A DNA stretch of 64,000 bases from an uncultured Chloroflexia bacterium (GCA_963707215.1 CAVPPB010000003.1:1184001-1248000); one strand, 5' to 3'. Counted from the stretch's first letter, positions 45,101 to 55,061 are shown. Notes: generated by a model from the letters alone, not told the origin. Numbers and translations: made by a program.

Positions 45101-45372
45101 CACGCGGTCCCGCGGCAGACGGAGATCGTGCTCGCGCCCCGTGGCTCGAAGTGGAACTGTGAGTAGAAGCTCGCGACGCCGAAGACGCGCCCGGCCGAGA
45201 CCCGCAGGTGCTCGGCCGCCGCCGTCATCGCCGGACCCGGCAGATAGCCGGCCTCCTCCTGGATGACCTGGAGCACCGGGATGACGAGACTCGGGTCTCT
45301 CGGGAACCGCCGCTCGAGCTCGGTCCGCCACTCGCCGACCGTCCGGGTGTCCGGACTTCCGATCATCGTCAT
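42142..45372 (-). CDS. Fused NuoE(HydC)-thioredoxin-like 2Fe-2S-NuoF(HydB)-GltD-like flavoprotein of FDH-2; frameshifted, end approximate
   Basis: CRGTACH..CFGSC; TCGRAAG..GCLGMCFAEP; NADEGDPGAFMDR, GAFVCGEET, GGPSGGC, CGQCTPC; APCTHLCPAG, CGVVCFHPCE, GSGPDGLTAA, RCLRC. Confidence 0.85.
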
Positions 45373-48213
45373 CGGGGCACCGGCTCGACGTTTGCCACGA
45401 CGCCGGCCCCCGGGCTGCCGTGCCGGAATCGTCCGCCGGGCAGCCTCTCCACCCGGATCGCGCAGTGCTTCAGCTCCGGCGTCTGGGTGACCGGGTCGCC
45501 AGCCTCGATCGTGAGCACGTTGGCGTGGGCCTCCCGGAAGTGGAAGGCCATCCAGCAGACGCCGGGCGGCGACCGGTGGGTGACCCAAGCGCGGACGTCG
45601 ACGCTGCCCCGCCGCGAGCGTCACCCGGACCATCTCCCCGTCGGCGATGCCGAGGCGCTCGGCGTCGGCCGGGCTGATCTCGATCAGCTCCTCGCCGAAG
45701 ACCTGCCTCGAAGCCGGCCGAGCGCCGGGTCTGGGTGCCCGGTGTGGTAGTGCCAGAGCCGGCGACCCGTGCTCAGGACCAGCGGGTACTCGTCGTCCGG
45801 AAGCTCGGACGGCGGCACCCACTCGACCGGGACGAAGCGGCCCTTGCCCCGGGTGAACCGGCCGTCCATGTGCAGGTACGGCGTGCCGGGATGGTCGAGG
45901 GTCGGGGCGGGCCACTGGATCCCGACCTCCTCGCAGCGCTCCCAGGTGATGCCGTGATAGCTCGTGCCGAGCTCGCGGAGCTCCTCCCAGATGTCGGCCG
46001 GGCCGGCGAACCCCATGTCATGGCCCAGCCGGCGGCCCAGCTCGTGGAAGATCCACCAGTCGTCGCGCGCCTCGCCGGGCGGCTCGACCGCCGGGCGGAC
46101 GCGCTGGACCCGGCGCTCGGTGTTCGTGTACGTACCCTCGCCCTCGGCCCAGCAGGTGGCCGGGAAGACGACGTCGGCGAAGGCCGTGGTCTCGGTCTCG
46201 AAGATGTCGTTCACGATGACCAGGTCGGCCGCCTCGAGGAGCCGCGACGTGCGGTTCGTGTTCGGCTCGCTCATCACGATGTTCTCGCCGAAGACGTAGA
46301 GCGCCCGGACGCTGCCGTCCTCGATGCCGCCGAGCATCGCCGGGATGTTGCGGCCGACGGTCGTGGAGAGGCCGGGGCGACCCCACGCCTGCTCGAACTT
46401 GGCGACGACCTCCGGGTCGTCGACCTTCTGGTAGTTCTGGAAGACGTTCGGCAGGGCCCCGACGTCGCAGGCCCCCTGGACGTTGTTCTGGCCGCGCAGC
46501 GGATTGAGCCCGGCGCTGGGCTTGCCCAGGTTGCCGAGGAGCATCTGGAGGTTCGCCAGCGCCTCGACGTTGGCCGTCCCGCAGATGTGCTCGGTGATGC
46601 CGAGGGTGTAGTAGACGCCGGCCGAGCCGGCCTCGCCGAGGATCCGGGCGACACGACGGATCAGGTCGGCCGGGACGCCGGTGATCTCGCTGGTCAGCTC
46701 GAGGTCGTAGCGCCTCGACGACGTCGCGGACGGCCTCGTAGCCCTCGGTGTGCTCGGCGATGAAGGCCTCGTCGGCCCAGCCGTTGCTCGATGATCTCGT
46801 GCATCAGGCCGTTGACCAGGGCGATGTCGGAGCCGATCCGGTGCTGGACGTGGATGTCGGCCCAGCGACACAGGTCGATGACCCGCGGATCGCACACGAT
46901 CAGCGTGGCGCCCCGCTTGCGGGCCCGCTTCATGTAGTACGAGATGACCGGGTGGGCCTCGGTGGTGTTGGAGCCGATGACCAGCAGCACCTCGGCCTGC
47001 TCGATCTCCTGGATCGAGTTGGTCATGGCCCCCGATCCGAACGTTGTCGCCAGACCGGCGACGGTGGGGGCGTGTCAGGTCCTCGCGCAGTGGTCGATGT
47101 TGTTCGTCCCGATCACCGCGCGGGCGAACTTCATGGCCGCGTAGTTGTTCTCGTTGGTGGACCGGGCGCAGGCGATGAGCCCCGATGGCGTCCGGCCCGT
47201 GGACGTCGCGGATCCGCCGAGCCGCTCGCGCGGCGAAGTCGAGCGCCTCGTCCCAGGTCACCGGCCGGAGCGGCTCGTCACGGCTCCGCCGCAGCAGCGG
47301 CGTCGTCAGCCGTTCCGGGCTGGAGGTGAAGTCGTAGGCGAAGCGGCCCTTGAGGCAGAGCATCCCGTCGTTGGGCGGCGTGCCCTCGACGCCGGTCGAC
47401 CCGGACGATCCGGTTGGCGGCCCGGTCGACGTGCAGCTCGACCTGGCAGCCCACGCCGCAGTACGGGCAGGTGGTGCGGACCCGGTCGAGCTCCCACGGG
47501 CGACCCAGGCCGACGGCCTTCTTCTCCACCAGGGCACCGGTCGGGCAGAGCTGGACGCACTCGCCGCAGTGGACGCAGGAGGACTGCGCCCATCGGCACG
47601 TCGTGCGTCGCAGATGACCGTCGAGCGGGTCGCCCCGGTAGCCCATGTCGAGGACCTCGTTCACGACGAGGTCGTTGCAGCCGCGGATGCAGCGGAAGCA
47701 GCTGGATGCACTTGTCGGGGTCACGGACGATGAACTCGCTCGACGCGTCGATCGGCGCGCGTCGCTCGGCGACCGGGAAGGACGGCCGCTCGATGCCAAG
47801 GCGGTAGGCGGCGTCCTGGAGCTCGCAGCGGCCGGTCGCCTCGCACGTCAGGCAGTCGTGCGCGCCGGATGCGAGCAGCAGCTCGACGTTCATCCGCCGT
47901 GCTTCGAGGACCAGCTGGCGAGTCGGTCCGGACGTCCATGCCGTCGCGGACCGGCAGCGAGCAGGTGGTCTGGAGGCCGTTCATCCCCTCGACCTCGGCC
48001 ACGCAGACGCGGCACAGGGCGGCCTGACCGATCCTGGGGTGTAGCAGAGGCTCGGGCACGAAGGAGCCCGCAGCTCGCGGGCGACCTCGAGGACGGTCTG
48101 GCCCTCGCGGGCGGTGACCTCCAGCCCGTCGATGGTGAGTCGCACCGAACGGGGCGCTCGGCCGGGCTTGGCAGCCCGCCGGCGGGCCGCCCGGGGTTCG
48201 TTGCGAGGTCCAT
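45369..48213 (-). CDS. Selenocysteine-containing formate dehydrogenase alpha subunit, FDH-2 (NuoG-like Fe-S N-terminus + Mo/W-bisPGD); frameshifted, start approximate
   Basis: [19 protein letters not shown], two 4Fe-4S motifs, [10 protein letters not shown]; [12 protein letters not shown](47077)-HAPTVAGL in frame with GSGAMTNS; [13 protein letters not shown]; TNTERRVQ. Confidence 0.9.
47042..47077 (-). promoter_or_regulatory. UGA-Sec codon and bacterial SECIS element
   Basis: Minus strand TGA (47077-47075) + 12 nt + GTCGCC-GGTCT-GGCGAC (47062-47046). Confidence 0.88.
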
Positions 48214-48435
48214 CAGCCTCCGCGGTCACGCGGCCCGCCCGGGCACCGTCGGACGGTCGGACGACCCGGCGGGCGTCGCGTCGCACCCAGCGTCGCAGAC
48301 GTCCGCGCGAGGGTGCAGAGGCCGAACGGCCCGAAACGACCGGCCCCCCGGAAGGAGAGGAGGAACCGCCAGCAGGGCCCCTTGGTGGGCCTGCCGCGGC
48401 CGGCGGGTCCGGGCCGCCTGGCGGGTCGGGCTCGC

Positions 48436-49300
48436 CTAGCGGGCCGGGTCCACCCGCTCCGGACGGCTGTAGACGTTGAAGCTCGGACCGCGGAGGAAGC
48501 CGACGACGGTGACACCGAGCCGCTCGGCCGCCTCGACGGCCAGGTCGGACGGCGCCGAGATCGCCGCCAGGACGGGCGTTCCCGCGACCGCGGCCTTCTG
48601 GACGATCTCGAAGCTGACCCTGCCGGAGACGAGGACGACCCGGTCGTGGAGCGGCAGGGTCCCCGGCCAGCAGCTGCGAGCCGACCAGCTTGTCGAGCGC
48701 GTTGTGCCGACCGACGTCCTCGCGAAGCGCGACGAGCTCGCCATCGGCGGTGAAGAGCGCCGCGGCGTGGAGGCCGCCGGTCCGCTCGAAGACGGCCTGG
48801 GCCGCCCGCATCCGGTCCGGCAGGGCCAGGAGCGTCGAAGCGGCCACCGTCGGCCCGGCGGGGATCGGATCGCACCGGACGACGACCTCGTCGATCGAGG
48901 CCTTGCCGCAGATCCCGCAGGAAGCCGTCGCGACGAAGTGCCGCTCGGCCATCGCCGACGCGTCGAACGGCCCCGCCAGGCGGACCAGCACCGTGTCGTC
49001 CGGCTGGGCGGCATCACCGGGGTCGGCCACCTCGAAGCCGAGGATCTCGGGCCCCTCGACCAGGCCCTCGGTTCGCAGGAAGCCGGCGGCCAGCTCGGCC
49101 TCGTCGCCCGGGGTTCGCATCGTGACGGCGATCGCGACCGGCGCCTGCCCGGGCCCGGCGGCCCGGATCTCGAGCGGCGCCTCCCCGACGAGGCGGTCGT
49201 CACGCCGTTCGATGGACCCGTCGCGAACCACGAGCACCGGCGCGGTCGTGACGTGGCGGGTCGGCGGCGCCTCCGAGGGCGGGTCCGGGATGGCGTCCAT
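48436..49300 (-). CDS. fdhD: Formate dehydrogenase accessory sulfurtransferase; one frameshift near 48660
   Basis: [43 protein letters not shown], then [21 protein letters not shown] in the next frame. Confidence 0.92.
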
Positions 49301-49335
49301 CGGGCGAGTGTAGGCGGTGGCGAGCGATCCCCGCG

Positions 49336-50001
49336 TCAGCCGCAGTCGGCCCTGCCGAGCGACGCGGTCAGGTCCTGGGCCTGCTCAACCGCTCCGGCCA
49401 CGGCGTCGAGGGCCTCGAGGAGCGCCCCGATCCTGGCCAGGCCCTCGGCGTCGGTCCAGGCGATGCCCAGGTCGGCGGCGACTCCGAAGGCGACGTACAT
49501 CGCGTCGGCGTCGCGGTGGGCCTCCGCGTAGCAGGCCGCGGGCGGATGGTCGACCAGCCAGGCTCGCTCCCGCTCGACGAGCGCAAGGATGTCCAGGGCT
49601 GCCGACCGCACCCCGGCGTCGTCGCCGCCCTGCGCGGCGGCCTGGAGCTCGGTCATCAGCTGATCCGCCTCCTGGCGAGCGCTGCCGAGCCGGAGGACGA
49701 AGTCGGCGAACGCCAGCTGGGGGTCGGCCGGCGAGGTCCGGGCGGGCGTGGGAGCGACCCCGGGGGTCGGCGCTGCGGGGGTGGGCAGGCCGCCGCTCGG
49801 CGAACCGCCGGGATCGGGCGACGGGGAGGTCGCGGGGCTGCCGGCCGGCGACCCCGATGCTTCTCCGCCCGACGGGGCGGAGGGGTCCCCCTGGGCGCCG
49901 GTCGCAGGCCCCAGGAACGACGTCGTCACGAGCACCGCGACGAGCAGGGCGAGGCCGATCAGGCCGAAGCCGAAGACGGGGACGAGGGGCGACCGCTGCA
50001 C
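49336..50001 (-). CDS. Hypothetical membrane-anchored or exported protein
   Basis: N-terminal hydrophobic helix, Pro/Ser/Gly linker, helical C-terminal domain with two Cys; TAGACT 6 nt before GTG. Confidence 0.7.
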   Translation of the reverse strand: MQRSPLVPVFGFGLIGLALLVAVLVTTSFLGPATGAQGDPSAPSGGEASGSPAGSPATSPSPDPGGSPSGGLPTPAAPTPGVAPTPARTSPADPQLAFADFVLRLGSARQEADQLMTELQAAAQGGDDAGVRSAALDILALVERERAWLVDHPPAACYAEAHRDADAMYVAFGVAADLGIAWTDAEGLARIGALLEALDAVAGAVEQAQDLTASLGRADCG

Positions 50002-50081
50002 GGCCCGAGTCTATCCGGGGATGCCGGACGGGCCCGCCACAGGCCGTTCGCGGCCGTTCCTGGCCCCTCGTCGCCTCGTGG

Positions 50082-51383
50082 CTACTCGCGGCGCAGGTAG
50101 AGCGCCGGAGCGACCGGGCGCAGGCAGTGGGTGCTGGCCATCGCCTGCTCGTAGCCGCCCGAGTTGAGGATCGCGACGACGGACCCCTCCTCGACGGGGG
50201 GCATCGGGTAGTCCTCGGCGAACACGTCGCCTGCCTCGTTGATGTGACCGGCGACGGTCACCAGCTCGGTCCGGGGAGCGTCGGGGTCCCGCGCGGGAAC
50301 GACCTCCTGGGCGTAGCGGTACACGAAGTACGACTGCGAGACGTTCCAGCCCAGGTCCAGACCCACGAAGCGGGTGCCGGCCCGGTCCTCGACCGTGACG
50401 ACCTCGCCGAGCAGGAGCGCGGCGTCCTTGACGACGTAGTCGCCGGGCTCGCAGGCGATCGTGACCCCCAGCGGGCCGAGGTGACGGGCGAGCAGCGCGG
50501 CATAGGCGTCGACGTCGACGGGGACCTCGGAGGCTCGGGCCGGGGCGCCCAGACCGCCGCCCACGTTGACCTCGATGATCGGGCAGCCGGCCGCGAGGAG
50601 CCGCCGGGTCATCGAGTCGACGCGTACCAGGGCCGCCTCGAAGCTCGCCAGGTCGTCGCCGAGCCAGCCCGAGCCGGCGTGGACGTGGACCGTGTCGATG
50701 GCCATCCCGTGGCGCCGGGCGACCTCGACCGTCTCGTCGAGGCGGTCCTCGAGGATGCCGAACTTGGTCGGCCGGTCGCCAGCATAGGCCAGGCCCTCGT
50801 GGTAGCCCGCTCCGGCGCCCGGGTTGACGCGCACGCCCACGGTCGAGCCGGGTGCCCGCCGACCGACCCGCTCGAGCTGGGAGATCGCGTCGAGGTTGAG
50901 ATGGACCGGCTCGGCCAGGAGCACGTCCAGGTCACGCTCGGACACGTTCGTCCCGGTGAAGCTGATCTCCTCTGCCCGCCAGCCGGTGGCCAGCGCGTGG
51001 ACGACCTCGCCCGGGGAGCAGGCGTCGATGCCGATCGCCTCGGGGGTGCCCGGCTCGCCGAGCCCGCGCAGCACGGCCAGGACCTCGGGCTCACGGTTGG
51101 CCTTGAGGGCGAACCGCAGGCGATACGGCGAGCCGGTCCGGGCCAGGGCGTCGCGGAGCCGTACCGCGTTCTCGGCGACCCGGTCGAGGTCGTAGACGTA
51201 GAGCGGCGTGCCCTGCTCGCGGGCCAGCGCCTCGACGTCCCGGCCCGCGAAGACGAAGCGGCCCGCCCGGGTCTCCTGGCCCGGCCGCTCCCACCACGGC
51301 CGGCGGGACGGATCGCCGTCGGGCCGGTCGTGCCATGGCGTGGACGGCACGGCGGGGCCGCGGTCGGCGGTCGGGGCGGTCAC
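50082..51383 (-). CDS. Fold-type III PLP decarboxylase, diaminopimelate decarboxylase-like
   Basis: GTPLYVYD, FALKAN, DACSPGE, VRVNPG, TKFG, HVHAGS, NVGGG, EPG. Confidence 0.85.
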   Translation of the reverse strand: MTAPTADRGPAVPSTPWHDRPDGDPSRRPWWERPGQETRAGRFVFAGRDVEALAREQGTPLYVYDLDRVAENAVRLRDALARTGSPYRLRFALKANREPEVLAVLRGLGEPGTPEAIGIDACSPGEVVHALATGWRAEEISFTGTNVSERDLDVLLAEPVHLNLDAISQLERVGRRAPGSTVGVRVNPGAGAGYHEGLAYAGDRPTKFGILEDRLDETVEVARRHGMAIDTVHVHAGSGWLGDDLASFEAALVRVDSMTRRLLAAGCPIIEVNVGGGLGAPARASEVPVDVDAYAALLARHLGPLGVTIACEPGDYVVKDAALLLGEVVTVEDRAGTRFVGLDLGWNVSQSYFVYRYAQEVVPARDPDAPRTELVTVAGHINEAGDVFAEDYPMPPVEEGSVVAILNSGGYEQAMASTHCLRPVAPALYLRRE

Positions 51384-51628
51384 CGGGCGCGGCCCGAGCC
51401 GGGCACCCAGCGATCGGGACCCGGCTCGACCGCCACCCCGATCCCCTCGAGCAGGCGGGTCGCGCTGGCGGCGATCTCCTCGATGGCAGTCTCGAAGGCG
51501 GTCTCGTTGACTCGCGAGGGCGCGCGGTAGCCGCTCAGCTTGCGGACGAACTGGCGGGCGGCAGCCTCGACCTCGCCGGTGGTCGCGGTGGTCTCGGGAC
51601 GACGGAGCTGCTTGATGCTTCGGCACAT
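51380..51628 (-). CDS. DUF2277 family protein
   Basis: MCRSIKQLR..EVEAAARQFVRKLSG..PS..N..AF pattern. Confidence 0.85.
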   Translation of the reverse strand: MCRSIKQLRRPETTATTGEVEAAARQFVRKLSGYRAPSRVNETAFETAIEEIAASATRLLEGIGVAVEPGPDRWVPGSGRAR

Positions 51629-51646
51629 GCGCGTACGGTAGGGCCG

Positions 51647-52591
51647 ATGGGACTCGCCCGCCAGCCCGACGCAGGATCGCGCCGCCGCCCCGGGCCCGGT
51701 TGGTGGCTGCTGCGGATCGCCGTGGCGATCGTGGTCGGTCTCGTCGTCGCCCTCGGGGTCGACGTCGTCCGGTCCGGGGGACCGCAGGCCTGGCTGGCCC
51801 GCCACGGGCTCGGGGTAGTGGGCGTCCTCGCCTACCGACCCGAGGGCGAGCTGGTGGACGTCGAGGGCCGGCGCCTCTACCTCGACTGCAGGGGCGAGGG
51901 CTCGCCGACGGTCGTCCTCCAGGCCGGGCTCGGGACCGGCGCCGAGACCTGGGCGGCCGTCCTGGGCGACCTGGCCGCGACGACCCGGACCTGCGCCTAC
52001 GATCGGCCGGGCATCGGTCGCAGCGACCCGGGCTCCACGCTGGACCACGCGGCCGCGACGACGGACCTGGCCGGAGCGCTGGCCGCCGCAGGCGAGCGGC
52101 CACCCTACGTCCTGGTTGGCCACTCGCTGGGCGCCGACATGGTCCGGGTCCACGCCTCCGAGCACCGGGAGGACGTCGTCGGGCTCGTGCTGGTCGATGG
52201 CTTCGAGCCCGACCTCTTCGAGGCGAACGTGGCGCCGCTCCTGGGTCCACTGGCGGACGAGTACCTGGCCCGCCAAGCCTCGCTCTGGGATCTCGTCCGC
52301 CGCAGCGAGGGGCTCGACCCCGCCCGCTCGACCGAGCAGCTCCGGGCCGCCGACCTCCGCGGCCTGCCGATCGAGGCGGTCGTAGCGGCCCGCGGCGAGC
52401 CGCGCCTCGACGAGGCCACGAACGCCGCCATCCGGGCCGCCGCCGAGGCCGGCTACGACGCGCTCTCGCCGGGCCTGACCCGGCTCACGCTCGCCTACGG
52501 CTCGGGTCACCTCGTCCAGTTCGACCGACCCGAGCTGGTCGTCGAGGCGGTCCGCCGGATCGTGGAGGTCGCGCGATCCCCCGGCGGCTGA
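51647..52591 (+). CDS. Alpha/beta hydrolase with N-terminal TM anchor
   Basis: TM helix, LDCRGEGSPTVV, YDRPGIGRS, GHSLG, SGHLVQ. Confidence 0.87.
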   Translation: MGLARQPDAGSRRRPGPGWWLLRIAVAIVVGLVVALGVDVVRSGGPQAWLARHGLGVVGVLAYRPEGELVDVEGRRLYLDCRGEGSPTVVLQAGLGTGAETWAAVLGDLAATTRTCAYDRPGIGRSDPGSTLDHAAATTDLAGALAAAGERPPYVLVGHSLGADMVRVHASEHREDVVGLVLVDGFEPDLFEANVAPLLGPLADEYLARQASLWDLVRRSEGLDPARSTEQLRAADLRGLPIEAVVAARGEPRLDEATNAAIRAAAEAGYDALSPGLTRLTLAYGSGHLVQFDRPELVVEAVRRIVEVARSPGG

Positions 52592-52932
52592 CGGGCAGTG
52601 GACGGACCGTCGATCATCGGCCTGGCTGATGCGACACGCGGTCAGCGCGCTGCCTCGACCCACGGTTCGGTCGATCCGGCCGAGGCGCCAAGCTTGCTGA
52701 TCGGCGGCCTCATCGCCCCCACCGATGTTGAACCCGGTGCGGGGCTGGCGGGCCGATCTCGAGCCGATGCCGCCATGGGAGCCCTGTCAGCCTGCTCTAC
52801 GCTCAGGCGTGAGCGATGACCGCGAGCAGCACCGCTCGGATCGTGCCCGACCGACGGCCCACCCGGCCCTCTCGAACAGGGCCCGCTCGCTCGGTCCGCC
52901 GGACCCGCGACCGCGGGCGTATCCTCGCCAGG

Positions 52933-54309
52933 ATGGAGCGCTGGCAGACGATCATCGAACCGTTCCGGATCCACGCCGTCGAGCCCGTCCGGCTGACGAC
53001 GCGCGAGGAGCGCCTGGCGGCCGTCGAGACCGCCGGCTGGAACCTGTTCGGGCTCCACGCTGAGGACGTCCTCATCGACCTGCTGACCGACTCGGGGACC
53101 GGCGCGATGAGCCGCGACCAGTGGGCCGCCATCCAGCACGGCGACGAGTCGTACGCCGGGTCGCCGTCCTGGTACGCCTTCCTCGAGAGCGTCCGCGCGC
53201 TCTGGCCCTTCGAGCACGTCATCCCGACCCACCAGGGCCGGGCGGCGGAGCGGATCCTCTTCAGCGTCCTCGGCGGACCCGGCAAGGTCATCCCCAACAA
53301 CACCCACTTCGACACGACCCGGGCGAACGTCGAGTACACGGGCGCCGAGGCGGTCGACCTGGTCATCCCGGAGGGCCGGGACCCGGCCGCGGAGCATCCG
53401 TTCAAGGGCAACATGGACGTCACGGCCCTGGAGCAGCTCCTGGAGGAACGGGCCGCCGACGTTCCCGTCGTGTTCGTGACGATCACCAACAACTCGGGTG
53501 GCGGCCAGCCGGTCTCGCTCCGCAACCTGCGCGCCGTGCGGGCGGTCTGCGACCGGTTCGGCATCCCGCTCTTCCTCGACGCCTGTCGCTTCGCCGAGAA
53601 CGCCTGGTTCATCCGGACCCGCGAGGAGGGCCAGGGCGACCGGGCGATCCCGGAGATCGTCCGCGAGATGGCCTCGCTGGCCGACGGCATGACGATGAGC
53701 GCGAAGAAGGACGGGCTGGCGAACATCGGCGGCTGGCTGGCGATGGACGACGACGCCCTGGCCGAGCGGTGCCGGATGCTCGAGATCCTGACCGAGGGCT
53801 TCCCGACCTACGGTGGCCTGGCCGGCCGCGACCTCGAGGCGATCGCCCAGGGCCTCCGCGAGGTCGTCGACGAGGACTACCTGCGCTACCGGATCCGCTC
53901 GACCGCGTACCTCGGCGACGCGCTCGACGCGGCCGGGGTGCCGGTCGTCAAGCCGTTCGGCGGCCACGCCGTGTACCTCGACGCGCGGGCGCTCCTGCCG
54001 CACGTGCCCCCGCTCGAGTACCCGGGCCAGGCCCTGGCCGTCGCGCTCTTCGTGGAGGGCGGCATCCGCGGCTGCGAGATCGGCACCGTCATGTTCGGAC
54101 GCCATCCCGACGGGTCGGAGACGCCGGCGGCGATGGACCTGGTCCGGCTCGCCATCCCCCGTCGGACCTACACCCAGAGCCACGTCGACTACGTCATCGA
54201 GGTGGTCCTGGCCGTCGCCGAGCGGGCCGCCGACCTGCGCGGCTACCGGATCGTCGACGAGCCGCCGGCCCTTCGCCACTTCACGGCCCGATTCGAGCCG
54301 CTGGGGTGA
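52933..54309 (+). CDS. tnaA: Tryptophanase (beta-eliminating lyase)
   Basis: EPFRI, IDLLTDSGT, GDESYAGS, HQGRAAE, SAKKD PLP lysine, RLAIPRR, LRHFTARF. Confidence 0.85.
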   Translation: MERWQTIIEPFRIHAVEPVRLTTREERLAAVETAGWNLFGLHAEDVLIDLLTDSGTGAMSRDQWAAIQHGDESYAGSPSWYAFLESVRALWPFEHVIPTHQGRAAERILFSVLGGPGKVIPNNTHFDTTRANVEYTGAEAVDLVIPEGRDPAAEHPFKGNMDVTALEQLLEERAADVPVVFVTITNNSGGGQPVSLRNLRAVRAVCDRFGIPLFLDACRFAENAWFIRTREEGQGDRAIPEIVREMASLADGMTMSAKKDGLANIGGWLAMDDDALAERCRMLEILTEGFPTYGGLAGRDLEAIAQGLREVVDEDYLRYRIRSTAYLGDALDAAGVPVVKPFGGHAVYLDARALLPHVPPLEYPGQALAVALFVEGGIRGCEIGTVMFGRHPDGSETPAAMDLVRLAIPRRTYTQSHVDYVIEVVLAVAERAADLRGYRIVDEPPALRHFTARFEPLG

Positions 54310-54758
54310 GCCGGGCGATCACCACCGGGGCGGCCCGGGCGACCGCTGACGCGGTCATCGAGGAGCTCGGCCTGCGACCCCACCCTGAGGGCGGCTGGTA
54401 CACCGAGACGTGGCGCGACCCGGCCCCCGACGGCGTCCGGCCGGCGAGCTCGGCAATCTACTACCTGCTCCGTCGGGACGAGCGCTCACGCTGGCACCGG
54501 GTCGATGCGACGGAGATCTGGCACCACTACGCTGGTGACGCCCTGGAGGTACGGGTGACCGACGATGACGGGACGATCCGGGTGGCCCGCCTCGGGTCCG
54601 ACCTCGGGGCAGGCGAGCGACCCCAGGCGATCGTCCCGGCTGGCGCCTGGCAATCGGCCCGACCGCTCGGGGCCTGGACGCTCGTCGGCTGCACGGTGGC
54701 GCCGGCGTTCGAGTTCGAGGGCTTCGAGCTGGCTCCGGAGGGCTGGGAGCCCGGCTGA
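54306..54758 (+). CDS. Cupin domain protein (DUF985/Cupin_5)
   Basis: LRPHPEGGWYTET, AIYYLL, WHRVDATEIWHHY, LVGCTVAPAFEF; GTGA overlap with tnaA. Confidence 0.9.
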   Translation: MSRAITTGAARATADAVIEELGLRPHPEGGWYTETWRDPAPDGVRPASSAIYYLLRRDERSRWHRVDATEIWHHYAGDALEVRVTDDDGTIRVARLGSDLGAGERPQAIVPAGAWQSARPLGAWTLVGCTVAPAFEFEGFELAPEGWEPG

Positions 54759-54837
54759 GGATCCGTCCGGCCCGCCGATCCGGGCTCGGATCCGGCGCTG
54801 CGACCCCACGGTCCGCGCTCCAGGGTCCGCGCCTCGA

Positions 54838-55023
54838 GGTCCTCGTTGTTGCGGTCCCGCGCCCCTTGGCGCCCGCAGCCCGCAGCGGCAAGCAGTGTCA
54901 TTGCTGTGGATCGAGGTCAGCGAGCGTGGCCGCGACCCTGTCCTGCCAGAAACCTGCCCGGGCCCAGCGCACTGACCCGGGTCGGAAGCGATCACGTTGC
55001 TGAGGAGACTGCTATCGAGGACC
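54838..55023 (+). ncRNA. Candidate structured non-coding RNA of unknown class
   Basis: Lies between convergent genes; nested complementary segments 54838-54845/55016-55023, 54851-54856/55007-55012, 54880-54888/54901-54909, 54918-54933/54988-55002. Confidence 0.3.
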
Positions 55024-55061
55024 GGGATCCACCCGCTCAGCCGCTCAGCCGACCCGGTCGC

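Noticed and set aside
39206-45372. nuoE/nuoF/nuoG-like genes as respiratory complex I
   Set aside because: No membrane nuo subunits nearby; they are coupled to FDH catalytic genes and fdhD.
52592-52932. TnaC leader peptide upstream of tryptophanase
   Set aside because: No short ORF with the W12/D16/P24-stop pattern, and the gene looks leaderless (TATCCT 7 nt before ATG).
52933-54309. Tyrosine phenol-lyase assignment
   Set aside because: C-terminal LRHFTA (His) fits tryptophanase rather than the LRFFTA of TPL; not experimentally certain.
54945-54958. GCCAGAAACCTGCC resembling the cobalamin riboswitch B12 box
   Set aside because: The upstream AGGGAA and GCCACTG elements are not evident, and no gene lies downstream on that strand.
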